Positions 1-13,074 of a DNA stretch of 64,000 nt are shown here, piece by piece (positions within the stretch are counted from its first letter, which is position 1; the number at the start of each line of letters is the position of its first letter). The DNA comes from Lobosporangium transversale (lineage: Eukaryota): contig NW_019028996.1 in assembly GCF_002105155.1 (NCBI RefSeq), positions 1 to 64,000 on the forward strand, written 5' to 3'. Made by a program: the position numbers and the translations under genes. The notes under the pieces are model-generated. The model made no database searches. It saw nothing but the letters and a program-made list of their open reading frames with translations, and was not told where the DNA came from.

Positions 1-103
1 CATGTTAGACGCCTGATGGACTAGCTTTTATTATCTCTCATACTTTTTGCACAAAATCATTCGCGCCCACTATTTTATTATAAATTCTATTTGTTTTATT
101 TAT

Positions 104-3100
104 TTATCTCAATAATGACATCAAGCCTTCTAACATCAACGGGTCGACTTTGGAAAGGTACTGCTGTTGGAAGGCAGTAGCTCCTCCATTTATAAGCTCA
201 CATTCTAAGATTGAGGCTTTAACATATTGAGCAAAGTTCGTAGTGTGAACTGGATCATGCTTTAAAAGCTCACGTCGTCGAATAACTTCCGCTGTCTCTT
301 CTGAGGCGTCGTCTTCATCGTCCTGTGCCTCGCGCCAGTAAACAAGTGAATCGCCAGTGCCATTCTCATTTACTTCGTTCAAAACATCTCCCCAGATGCC
401 AATTAAACGAGGCAGATGCTTCAAGACCGAGGAATCCGTAGTACGAATCATGGCTGTCAGGCCCATTGCATGAAGCTTGCGGTGCTTGGGATGTGACACA
501 TTATCAAACTTGAAGGCGACATGACGGTGTAAAACAGAAGCAAAAGATAGTAAGCTTCAGAACATTATGAATAAAGCAAATGAGGCAAACAACCAGTCAG
601 TATTTACCTTCTCTGTCCAGAGCTCCAAGAAGGAGCTTAAAAGATGAGCCTGGCCAAACTGGTGGCTAGCATTATTGACTACATTAGAAAAGTAACCAGA
701 GTTATCAACAGCAAGCCGTGCAATGAAGCAGAGGTATTGGGTCAAGACTACATTTGTTTCCTAAATATAAGAACCGGATAGCAAGTTTAATGACTTCCGC
801 GGCGTTATGTATTACTCCGTAAATAAACCTACTCCACGAGAATAACTTACCTTATTAGCCATAATTATATTGAGAACTTTGTTGATCAGTCCTGAAGAGA
901 TATAAAGTTCTCCTGTAACTTGAAGAGGGCAGGTTAATGCGGTAATATCCATGAATTGCATGATAGATACACTAGCCTCGGATCGAAGCCCTTCTCCCAA
1001 AAGTGCTGCAACACCATTAATGAGATTATTTCCTGCAATCTATCATATAAAATAGCCAAGAACGCGTGTCAGAAATAACACACCCGACAGAGTTTTTAAA
1101 AGCAATTCATGCGAGTCATACCTGGAAAGTTCTTTCAGCATCAAGCATCAGATAGCTCTGCAAAATCTTGAGCATTATGCGCAAATGGTCCATACCCTCA
1201 GCAAGTAGTATGACAGCAGCTGGAACAAGAGACATGAGCTCGTCTGTTGACTGGCGCGCGGTCCTCAGAGTTGCTAACCAAAGTTCGAAGCCGTCTTCCA
1301 TAAGGTAAACATGTGCTTCATGTGATGGGTCGACACTAAGGCGAATTAACGGCATAACAAGAGCATGGAGGCCAATTGATTGTGATTTTAAAGACTCAAC
1401 CAGCTTGGTCATGATTACTAAAATCGCCGATTGAAGCAAGTTTTGATCCGCGGCTGCTTGCCAAAGTGGAGGCAAGAGCTCAATAATCTGCTGCGCATAG
1501 GGGGCAATATGCTCGTCCATACGCTCCACAATCATCGACATGCAATTCAACACTCTCATTCTTGTATCTGGTTCCTCGACTTCGCTCATAATTTTCTTCA
1601 GTCCCAGGACAGACTGCTCCAAAAAAGGCGCAAACCCAGTAGGATCGAAATCCCAGTCATCGATACATGCCTTCAAATTTTGTGCTGCAGAAAGTCGAAC
1701 TGCCAGATGTTCTTCGGGTCTTAAGAGATGCAGCATGATTGTATAAACAGCTGGACGTGCTGGTTTTGAAACATTGACACTAACCCACTTGCCAATCATC
1801 CATGCAATACGTCGTCGAATAATGCGATAACTAAGTAAAGCCAGGATAACAGGGCGATTGAGTCATGATTCCCATATAGGCCTCATGTATCGATGAAAGA
1901 TCGCAAAACTAACCTTGGATTAGGATTCTGAGCCTCATGAGCAAGCTGTCCCTTCAACCAGCTCTCAAAATCAATAGCGTTGTACAAATCGTGCGATCCC
2001 AATCCAATGGCACAGTAAATCGAGTCCTTTAAGAACAAATCGGTCATGTCTAGTGAATGAAATTATGAAAGCCATTAGCATATGAGTGACGTTCAGGAAA
2101 GTAGGATATGTAGAATATTCAAAATGCTTACTTGCAGTTGATCCAGCTAAATTAACTAGAAGGGGGCTGAGCTGTGCACGATGACTCGACAGTAAGACCA
2201 TGAATACTTTCTCAGAACAGGGCTATCGCAGAGGAATGCCATTCGTCTTTGTATTTAGCAACAGTAAATGGTTTATATAAGCTGAAGAACTATTACGATA
2301 ATAGTGAGGGAACTCACCCTGAGTTGATATTTCCAAGCGTCCACTTCCTCTTCCAAAGCCCATTCTTCAGGATTGTTATCCCATTCCTCCAAATCGCCCT
2401 CAGTCAAGCGCATGTATTTGGTAACCAAAATTTCAGCCAGTCTATTGGTAGTCTCTGAGGTCATAAATTCGTTTTCAATGATGTGTCTGCACTGGACAAC
2501 AACAGGCTCAGGGTCCTCTAAAATGGATCACGTAAAATGGGTAAGGCGATCAGCACTTAAACTTCAGCCATGGATCTTCATACTAAGATCTAGATCCAAG
2601 TCGTTACTTACTATCAGAAAGAATGAACTGCGGGTCCTTAAGCGTTTTTTTGATTAAGAGTAATGCTTGAATCAGTGTGGTCTGTGAGAGCGTAGCATTA
2701 TTATCGCCTCCATTCCTGGCAAGTAATCCCCAGTAGAATCGAAGGACATCGCCTGCGCCAGGTGTCAGAATAAATTGTCTTGGATGTACATCTATGAGAT
2801 CCAGATAAAATTTGCCAATCAATTTGATATGAGAATCCACTGATGTAATTAAAAACGAGCATTGCTCTGGAATCGATTCCTTGTAACCCATAAACTTTTG
2901 AAGGTGCTCTAATGCCAATCTAAAGAATGTAATAGGGCCGTCAGACGTAGAGAATTCGGGAAATCCGTGTACGACAACTCTTCTTAAACATTTGAGAGCC
3001 AAGTGCGATGTCTCCAAGCACCCAGAAAGACTCTCAATGTTTGTGGTGTTGGTGGCAAAGAGTTGATCGATATAGCGGACATAGGTGTCGACAATGTTAG

Positions 3101-4061
3101 AAAAGAGTTCTGGTGCTGCTTGTTGAAATTGTTTCCTTCCAGCCGCCAATGTCTTTGAAATGAGTCCTTTAACAACAAGATGAAGAGTGTAGAGTGACCG
3201 TTGCTGAATAAGACGGGCTCTTGGGTCTGATTCATTGGCTGTGGATGAACGAATAATTCCCAAGAGAATTGACAATAGATCTGGCCTAGAAATTTATATT
3301 AGTTAATGATATCACTCGTTCAAAGCTGGGGCATTTGAAACAAAACGTTGAAACGCCTAATTTAACTTCCTATTGTCGTGATTGCTTACCATTCCATTGG
3401 GAAATCAATCCTTGCAACTTTGGCAATTAAAACAGCATTCTGGGTTGCAAGCTTGTTACGTTACAAAAAAAAAGAACAATGCAAGAATTATAGGGGCTTC
3501 ATAAGTGTAGGCTTCATCTAACGTTTGAATGGACTGTGGCGCAAGGGTTTTCTGTGATCAATTTACATACAGGTTTTTGTTCCTCATCCAATGCGGATAA
3601 TAGGCGCGATCGAATAGCAGCCTTTTCCTCAGAAGCAATTGCACTATGAGGAGGATGAAAGCCGTATAATTAATAGCGAAATTAAGCTGCACAGATCAAA
3701 GTAATTCCAAATCTTGAATAAACGTGAGTAAAAAAGCACATACTTTTTGGCAGTCTTTCGCCAATATTTCTCAATGCCATTCTTGAGATAGATGATAGCC
3801 TGCCATCGAATATTGGTATCAATGGACTTGTCATAAAATATATCCTACTCAGCATACCAGACAGGAAGACATGAGCAGAGTGAGAGAGCAAGATTTTTAT
3901 ATCTTCGACATACAAAGGGTCAAAGCACGCACCTGGAGCGTGGCATTAAATTGTGGAGTAGTTTCCCAATGTTGCAGCTGTGCTACAGCATGCCTCATGC
4001 GAGCCTGTTCCTGTGATGCCGCTTCGGCAAGGACCGACAGCAGTGCTTCTCTCGCAGACAT
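104..4061 (-). CDS. KAP120: Importin-11 / karyopherin Kap120-like importin-beta family protein (multi-exon)
   Basis: ATG at 4061 (MSAREALLSVLAEAASQEQ...WETTPQFNATLQ, importin N-terminal domain). Spliced exons include LATQNAVLIAKVARIDFP, YMRLTEGDLEEWDNNPEEW, LKDSIYCAIG, RIAWMIGKW, VYLMEDGFELW and HPKHRKLHAM...KHDPVH; stop at 104. All introns are GT-AG and in phase. Confidence 0.85.
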
Positions 4062-4242
4062 GGCGCAAACAATGGAGTTGAAGAGTTGAAGAATTGAAGA
4101 GCTGATTCATTACTTGCCAAGAGATCAATAAAAAAAAGCCACTATTCATTGTTCATTACTTACAATTCTGAGCCGGCCAGTCTTTTTATCTTTCTTTCTT
4201 AGAGCCCCGTTATATAATTCCGCATTCCTCACGCAATTGCTA
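4062..4242. promoter_or_regulatory. Short divergent (bidirectional) promoter between importin-11 and PEX2
   Basis: Only 181 bp separate two head-to-head start codons (4061 minus, 4243 plus); TATATAA near 4212. Confidence 0.5.
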
Positions 4243-5872
4243 ATGACCACCCCAACAATACCTTTTTGGGAACCAGACTGGAAGCGGGTGCAGGCCCCTT
4301 TGGTGGCACTTCGCCGTCAACTAGCCTCATTCCCTTCACCTCCGTTGCGCATTATGAAAGTCAGCCAACTAGATGCTGACCTTCTTGACGATGAGTTGCT
4401 TGAGACCATGAAAGAGCAACTCTGGAGTGCATTCTCACTTTTTAAGGTAAAATGCACACAGAGCTTTCCTTGCAACCATTTTACCTCCCTTTCTTTGTCC
4501 TCTTCCCTTAATTTTTTTTTATTTGTATGCCCCAATGCACATGTAAATTTTAATTGCCTGGCTGTAAATTTTAATTGACTGGCTCAACTGATCGGCTTCT
4601 CTGTCACTTTGTCGGTTTTCTTGCTGTGTAGCCAACGTTCAAGGATAAATTCAAGCCGGAACTAGCTTTGGTGCTAAACTTGGTTATGTATAAGTTCTCT
4701 GTCTATGACATGGGGGCAACCTATGGGTCCCAGCTGCAGAATCTTGCATATAGAAATGAGCGCAAGCATCGCGGAGGATGTATGTATCTTAATATCGGCT
4801 CCGATTTGTCAGACTGTAATATTTCTAGGCACATGGCTTGATTTTAAATAATGCAAGCTCTTTAACCGACTTTTTTTTTCTTTTTTGCAGTACAATCCAC
4901 TGCAATCGATACCCCCCTTACCAAGGCACAAAAGATTGCTTATGGAGTTTTCACCGTTGGAGGACAGTACGTCATGGAGCGACTGAACCGCGTTGTGACG
5001 GAGCAAGGATGGGGCGAATTACAAGAGGTATTTTTTCTCATTACTGGAACATGCTTAAATTCAATAACTAGTTGCTTACCTTATTCTCCATCCACATTTA
5101 GGACAACATCAGGAGGAAAGCATGGAATTTGCTACAAAAGGGCACCAGTGTGTTCAGAACAGTATCTCTACTTAATTTTTTAGCGTTTCTGTATGCCGGG
5201 AAGTATCGCTCGGTGCTGGAGCGGGTTCTCGCAATGCGACTCGTCTATGCAGACCGCAACTCAAACCGGCAGGCCAGCTTTGAATTTCTTAATCGCCAGA
5301 TGGTTTGGCATGCATTCACAGTAAGCAATAGGAAAATGAATCAATGATCTATTCAACCGTAATTCGTCGAAGCGGACAAAGCTTTTTTGGTCTAAAGTTC
5401 AATATTTCTCGACCTTGTTTAGGAATTTCTCATGTTCTTGATGCCCTTGATTAACGTATCCAAATTGAAGAGAAATGTTAAAAAGATGCTTTTACCGGCA
5501 GCATTAATATCAGCGAACGAGCTGTCAGTTTTGCCCGCACACATCTGTGCCATCTGCCATGAGAACAACAGTGCGTCTGTCGCACCAGGAACAGCTACGA
5601 TGACTGTCATTCATAATCCATATATTACCAACTGTGGCCATGTCTATTGTTATTACTGCATTAAAACTAAAATGATGATTGACGACGAATGGTGCTGTCT
5701 ACGATGTGGCAACAAGGTCGAGGCAATTGCTAGACACGTCGAGCTTGGAGAAGACAAGGCACTGGAAGAGAAGGGTGAGGAAAAGCAGGGGGAAGATAAT
5801 GGACTTTCAGAAGGCGATCTAGAGGGCCAAACAACGAGGCCCCAAGAAAATGTGTCTATCGATAAAGCATGA
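4243..5872 (+). CDS. PEX2: Peroxin-2, peroxisomal RING E3 ligase (5 exons)
   Basis: VSQLDADLLDDEL, GATYGSQLQNLAY, LNFLAFLYAGKYRSVLERVL, SFEFLNRQMVWHAFTEFL and a C-terminal RING (CAIC...NPYITNCGHVYCYYC...WCCLRC). Four in-phase GT-AG introns. Confidence 0.93.
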
Positions 5873-5989
5873 TTACGATTACCATCTTACTTGCGGTTGT
5901 CGTCTTCTTTTCTGGTCTATTTCTTTGTAAACTCATATTTTGTAAATATATCTGTCTAGAAAATAAATGATTAATAGAATAGTATAAAA

Positions 5990-7443
5990 ACATGCTATGA
6001 GGAGAATACAGTATACCTGAATTACGCCGCTGAGGAAGTGATCAGGCAGAAACCACGCTATTTCTAAACCATGGTCAACTGTCTGGCTTACTACGAAGCG
6101 AGGATGCTGCTGGCCGCTTACCGGTCTGCCCACGATCCGGTGCTGTTCTCTGATCAATACTCGATCTTTGTCGCTGGTGTCTTTTGTCTCATCCATGAGT
6201 GCCTCAGGAGTTGCGAAAAGCGCCCTTAGGATAGCTACGGATGCATACCTGGATGGATTGGATGGTATTTTAGCGAAGCAGCTTGGCATGATATTGCTCA
6301 ACAGTATAATGGTCCTCAATGGTGCTTCTATCGTCGTTGGAAACTATCCCTTCGTCTGTTACAAAATCTGGAATACCCGAAACCGATCAATCAGATTAAT
6401 CACTGCTTGATCATGCTGCTTCTGCTGAGATTCTTGGGGCAACTTAAACTGGTCTGACGGCTGGCGTAGTGGCGGGTTTTGTGACAATGTCCTTAAACAC
6501 CCTCAGTGGACTTCTGCAAGAGCACAAGCCTGATTATAATTATGTTGAACTTGACCTTGTTGCTCTGTGGATAGAGATGGATAAGACTACGCACATCTTC
6601 TTTTTTTTTTTTTTTTTTTTTTTTTTATTAGTACATAGGCAAGAGGATAACTTCAGATGACAGAGGATATAGGTTCTTATCAAGTGCCTTTATGGTGCTC
6701 AAGTTTACCCTGCATGTCAACGATGGGGAAATATAATAGTCATTTCGGGCTACAACACCCAAGGCCATAAGGCTCGCTCTGGAGACATCGAGATGCTCGA
6801 AGCTACCACTCAAGTGGTATTCAAAGATGTTATAGCTCGAAATTGTTCTTCAAATAGTCTTAACTCCCCTGTATGCAAACAGATCGTTGTCTGTGGTGAC
6901 GACGATGACGCCTTCTCAACAGTCTTTTGCAATCTGCAAATCTGCTTCAGTTGGGGACTTAGCGATGGCCCAACCTTTCGAGACCATAAAGCAGCAAAGG
7001 CAGCGTTGTCTTCTTTCTCCAATGAAGGACCGCCAAAATAAAACCTTTTGATGCTCTTGAAGAGAACCTTGCGGATCACCTGCTTGCTTTTGACTCTCTC
7101 TTCAAACGGTTCAACAGAGTTGGTCACTAAAGCTAAACTTTTGCATGTAACACTCGTCTTTTGCCATCTGTCGCCTCCTTCTCTAGGCAGGGTGCTCCGT
7201 CAAAGTAAAGGATGGAGCTTGGTTTAGAAGTAATCCTCGAAATCCTCTTTTCTAAGGTCCCTTGAGCCTTGGTGGGCGGATGAAAAACATAGGCAGACTA
7301 AATGATAATGAAGGATGCCGGCTTGAATGTCAACTCTTTGCTTATTTAGAAAAAGTGAGGAGAAACGAGAAGTACGTTCGAACGGCTAATGAAAACAGGG
7401 CCGTATTCTTTCCTAGGGCGGGCCACAGTCGTACGGTCCCCGT
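5990..7443 (-). pseudogene. Degenerate XPG/FEN1-like (PIN-fold) nuclease gene relic, probably mobile-element derived
   Basis: Joining frames on the minus strand gives (ACG)GTVRLWPAL, RVDIQ, ILYFDGAPCLEKEAT, GWAIAKSPTEADLQIAKDC*EGVIVVTTDNDLFAY and LGVVARNDY, i.e. XPG-N/XPG-I/H3TH-like motifs in canonical order, with several stops and frameshifts. The 3' boundary is approximate. Confidence 0.7.
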
Positions 7444-7725
7444 AGTGAGCATTGTGGCAACTGAATAGTAATATGGATAGGCAGATGACAGGTAGGGTGG
7501 ATACAGTAAAAGAAAAGAAAAGAATAGACAAAGACAGAAATCACAAAGACTTTTTAAACAGTAATAGCACAAGCGAAACAATTAAACAGAGAACAATTTA
7601 TTTTTGGTAAAGTCATCAGAGAAGATTCGAGATCAACGTTTCGTTTGCTTGATATCAGAATGTTTAATAGTGATTAATAATAATATTTTGCTTTTTTTAA
7701 GTATTAGAAGCGGTTGTCGCTTTGT

Positions 7726-7985
7726 CTATTTACGTTTTTTGCTCGGTCGAGTAAACGTCCAAACATAACTTGCAACAGTCTTGGATATCTGAAGTACTAG
7801 CTCGGTATCTTTGAGCTGCAATATCAGGAGCCACACGATCCAGATTCTAGACATGAAGAAGATTTGCCAACTATATCGCACACCGAACATAATTAGGAAA
7901 ATGATAATGACATTAAGGATTCCGGCTGTCACTGCTGCATACCTACACAACACCAATAAATTCAATGGATTAGATAAATTCAAAT

Positions 7986-8023
<38 letters not shown>

Positions 8024-11000
8024 AAATTAAATTAAATAAAATAAAATAACACGGAAGCAGCAAAATAAACCTATTAATGTCCAATCCTTACCCTTTCTCA
8101 GGTGTCCGTGGTACCATGGCACCGTCAGTGACAGCCTCCACAAAAAAGATAAATGGTGCAATGTAATCTAGCCGGTGATCAGACGAGAATGGTTCATACC
8201 ATTGGACTGACAAGTTCCTGATCCAAACCATAAGCACCGGCAACGTGCATGGCAATAGCAGAAAAAACATGACAAATATTGACATCACATAATGATAGCG
8301 ATCCCATGCTGCCTGCGTCTGCGATGATGTCTACAAAAAAAAATAATGATTAAATAATAGACACCCATCAGCTTTCCCAAGTTTAGTAATACATTCATTA
8401 AACTAAAAATACTTTTTTTTTTTTTTTTTTTTTTTTCGTACCGCTTTCAGTGCATAGATTAATGATCGGACGCAGGAGACAATGTGAACGAGGACCGCAA
8501 CCACAAATGCAAATTGGTAAGGCACAAAAGTCGCCACCATAATAAATAGGATGATTGTCGTGATTACTCGACGCCGTATAGCGCGAGATCTTTAATATAT
8601 AAAAAAAATTAAATGAAAAATAAAAGCAAAGGGTTAGCACAGGATCCAGGAAAAAAACCCCTCAACAAGAGGCATATCACCATGAGAATAATGTATTACC
8701 TCTTCATGAGCATGTTGCCGATGGCCTTGCTTACGTTATATCGCCTAGATACAAACATAAGACTAGCTGCTATTGATCGAACAAGGCCATTCAGTGCAAT
8801 CCAAATGACAATCACAATCCCAATTGCAATTTGGAAAAATAAAGGTGCCAAGAACCAGAAAAACGTATCGTTCGCTCCCAGCAATGCGTCTCTAAAACGA
8901 AAGCTCGAGAACCATGATTCACTTCTTGCGATTCGTGCACGGATCATCTGCTCGTACGCATCCTGATATACGTTTCTACTGCCTGCGGGGCCTTCAATGA
9001 TTTCCTCCGCTGCACCAGAACTTCCTCTAGATGTAGTTTCTTCCTGAGCATAGGCCGAATATTCGTTAATTGAATACGTTGTCTTTGCCTGGAATGATTG
9101 GAGGAGAGCAATGGCTGCCAAGAACAATGTAAACTTCAAGAATGTCGTTGTGATTAGTTGAGTCAACATAATCCCGAACGGAATGAATGGATGACCATCA
9201 TTAAAAGCTTTGAATTGGGCCCGCAAAGTCAAAATGACCACTAAGAAGGTAAAAACGAGCACCACCATTCTATAGCGAATCACGACTTTGCCGAGGCTTC
9301 CATACTTGTCAACCTGCAAATTGAGTGATAATGGTACTGGACATGATGGATCCATCCAAAAACGAAACTCTATGCCTTTCTTTCCTGGCAATTGAACTCG
9401 CTCGTAATACGGGAGATCACCGTGAAAATTAACATCTATCCCATCCTGTTTAGAAGTCACATCTACTGAATATCGATCCTCGTACATGGTCCAGCCGGAC
9501 TGCCGCAACATTGGAGAGAAATGCTGTGGAGCTAGATTAATACAAATAAAATTAGTCCAAATTAGCCTAAGCTAAATTCATCAGTTGCTTGCGCTGTTTT
9601 TATATTATTTGGTAGAAAAAAAAAAGTTATTACCATAGCAACCTTGACGGCTAACCGTAAGAGTATAAGTTAGTAGACTATTGTCAATGTTAGGCAGCCG
9701 AAGTGTTGATACCAATGATGGTCTCACGGGAAAAGCATGAATCCTTAATCCATCATTCAAGAGTTCTAAAACGGTGGGTTTGTGGATTGTTGGCAAGATC
9801 AGGTAACTATTAAACTCTGTCATAATAAAGCAGCTGGTCCCCAGTGGCAGTACTGCGCTATTGAGCCATAATCACCTACTTCGAGTTGTCGTCTCCATTG
9901 TCACCAATGAGTCAGCTTCAGCAACAAACTCTGCAATCAAAAACCCTGGTACTGGAAACTTACGACCCTTGTCTAGGATTACCAGGTATTGCACTCCATC
10001 TAGTTCCTGGACTTTTTGAGATACAAAGCGGAACTCCTGGCCACGACCATATTTCCCTAATGGAGGCGATGTAGATGGATGTGCAGGAGAAGCAAGTGAA
10101 GCAGGGATTGGAATGGCAGATAAAGTGTCGTACCGACATGTAAGGCGAGCTGCATCGGTTGATGCTGCGGCTCTAACTTCGGAATACTCATCAGTGCAAA
10201 GAAGCAAATCCAATCGACTGTCAGGTCCAAATTGATGATCTGTCAAAAGGTTAAAGGTGTCAACATCACTATCCCATGGGACTGGCATGATATGCAAATG
10301 AAGGGCATCCAACTCGACATCATATTTGCCGCTAACCCTAGGAGGATATTGCAAGACACTACCAGCTGTAACAATAGTATGGGCGACTTCAGAAAGCACA
10401 AATGTCTTTGTTTCTAAATATTCCCAATAAATGATGCATGGTCAAGGCTACCATCCTTATTTGTAGCCCAAGTTACTTATATACTATCAACGACATATTA
10501 GAGTAGTACTAACCTTTTGGTCTCTTAGGGTTATCCAAATGATCTTCTAATCCTGTCAAAAGCCTGTTCCTGAAGATTCTCATGCGCTCTTCGAGGGGTT
10601 TAACCTGCTCTGGATAACTAGCATCCACAACATCAATCAAAGTTTTCCCCAAAACAATCGCAATTTGATTGCACCAGAGAATTGAGACGTGGTCTGAACC
10701 CACCCATGCATGTGGGATCGATGACGTAAAGACCGTAAATCCATGTGATTGGGGTACAATATTGTGAATATTTCCAGATTCGCCATTGACGATAATGTCC
10801 AGATTGCCACCTGCAATTGACACTAATGATACATTCTTAAGCGGTGCATCGGGTCCTTGAAATCCACGACTCCAGAATGACTCAATGCGATCATAAATAT
10901 CGCTTATCTCAAAGTCCAATGTCACAGGCGGTAGGAGGTGCGGTGTAGCAGCTGTCAAGACAGCATGAACGGTGCCTGGTCGATAGTTACTCATAGTAAA

Positions 11001-12639
11001 GAGGGTCCGTGCGACAACACCCCCCATACTATGTCCGACAAGAAGTACAGATGTTGGTTTCGGCAGATTGGGATCTTGATGGCGATCGTCATCGTAAAGC
11101 GAAAGGATATAGGCGATAGCATCGTTCAAAAACTGAGCCTGCTCCAGTAATGAATGTCCATGCAATGCTGAAAACTCTTCATTAAAGTCCACTATTTTGC
11201 AAGAATGGGATTCAATTTTTTAATATAAAACAGTGATTTTTAGAAAAACTGACGATAAAACACCCTTTGCGTCCCTGTAGCTCCTCTAGAAGCGACGTGT
11301 TTTTTGACTACCGAGAATGCCTTACACGTAAAGAAGTCTATTGGACGCGATAGTATCTTGCCGTCACTACGCTGCTCTTCTGCCAATTTCTCATAATAAT
11401 ACTTTGATGCTTCTTTTGCGATAGATCGCATCTGTTTGGCACTCCCAGCATTTCCAGGGATAAAGAGGGCTGGAATGCCTAGTGGTTGGACCTAATTGAC
11501 AATAAAAGCATTCCCATGAGATTCAACCGAGTGCTCGATAGAAATGTATTAAAAAAAGTAAAAATAAAAAAAAATAAAAAATCGTCATTCCTTACCTTGG
11601 CTTCCTTATCAATTGTAAACACCGAGTTGGAAGAGTGCTCTGTGATCATACTCGCTGGTACCTGCAGCCGATAGTCATACTGATCACGAAAAAGAAGTAA
11701 GCCATATTTCCCTGCAAATGCCGTCCGCTCACGATCAAATCCCAATAACTTGTAATAACGTGGTTGCATATATGTGTACTGACAAGTGTTAGGGTCCACC
11801 TGGTGATAAAAATTGGAGTGGAAGATACATCCTAGTAAAGTCAATGACACCAAGAAGACAATCCCCATTGAATAGGAGCAATTCAACGACGGTGACTGGC
11901 ACGCCTTCATCAGAGGAATGTCGCGAGGTGTAGAATACGATTTACTCCGTGTTTTGGATCGTCCATTTGTATGCGCTGTAGAAGTCGGATCGCATCTTGT
12001 CGACTTAGATCCACTATGCTCTTTATCAATATGCCGATGGTTGGCAATACTGTATGGTAGCGAGTATTGAGAAGGTGATGTTGGTGAAGGTTCTTGTGAT
12101 GACGGCTCCGAGGTGCTCGTAGGCGACGCACTACTGGAATGAATTGTTGCGGACATCCGTTTTGTTGGATGACTTCTCTTACGCTCATGCGTTTTTGGCT
12201 GAGGAATAGGAGAGCTATGTTGGTTCCCATTGTCCTGGTGTAGTCGCTCTGACCTGTAAGGTAAATCCGTCTGCACTGTGTCTACAAACTCAAATGTACT
12301 GGGCTGACTCCTGTTACCAATGTGATTCTGAAGCGATCGACGTTTAGACGACTGAGACTCCTTCTGCTGCTGTAAGTCTGGAATGTGTTGTTTCTCCTTC
12401 AATTCCAGAGCCACATTTTGTTCCTCACCTCCTTGTTCGATGCGACCGTTGGGAAACTGATGGATGATGTGGTGGGCTCCCGATCGGGCTGCTCCTTCCT
12501 TCGGGGACTGTGCTTTGTCTTCGTCGTAATCGCGGTGGTTCATTGAGAGAAACAAATGTGGTGGGCGGAAGGAGGCGTCGTCGACAAGGACAGGAACATG
12601 CTCTTCGGAGTCAGGGATGAGGACAGACGTCGATTGCAT
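7726..12639 (-). CDS. BST1: GPI inositol-deacylase (PGAP1/Bst1), multi-exon
   Basis: CQYTYMQPRY, IPALFIPGNAGSAKQMRSIA, DFNEEFSALHG, lipase motif GHSMGG, DHVSILWCNQ, and a multi-TM C-terminus ending in KKRK. Introns are in phase. Confidence 0.92.
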
Positions 12640-13000
12640 GCGCGCTCTCTTTGCCAGCGTTTATGTTTTTTTTTTCTTTTCTTTCTTTTTTTCTTTTTAT
12701 TTTTCAGCGTCGATAAGTATCTGACCCGAGAGCTCCTTCAAGGATTCACAGAATCGTTAAAAACCATTCACTTGCGTGTTTTACACACACTCACGCATTC
12801 ACACACTTCCTTTTGTACTGTCTTATTGAATTGTCTTAGTCTCTGTTTGTTTTGTCTGCCTAAACAGTGCGTGTCTTCTGTTGCTTGGTGTACTGTTTAG
12901 AATTAGATCACAATTAGAATGCAGCAATTTAAAGGACATGAACGTTGTCAGATCTGTAGAATAATACAGAAAATAGTCAAATGAATGCCAATCAGACCTG

Positions 13001-13032
13001 GCAGGTGTGCAGGTGTGCAGATGTGCAGGTGT
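13001..13032. repeat. (GCAGRTGT)x4 tandem 8-mer
   Basis: gcaggtgt gcaggtgt gcagatgt gcaggtgt read directly from the sequence. Confidence 0.85.
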
Positions 13033-13074
13033 TGGTGCTCTCTTTTTCTCTGTTTGCCATTTTATTTTATTTTT

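Noticed and set aside
5873..6100. TnpB/Fanzor RuvC domain or omegaRNA downstream of the PIN relic
   Set aside because: The relic ends against the PEX2 3' end, and no RuvC or zinc-finger motifs are visible.
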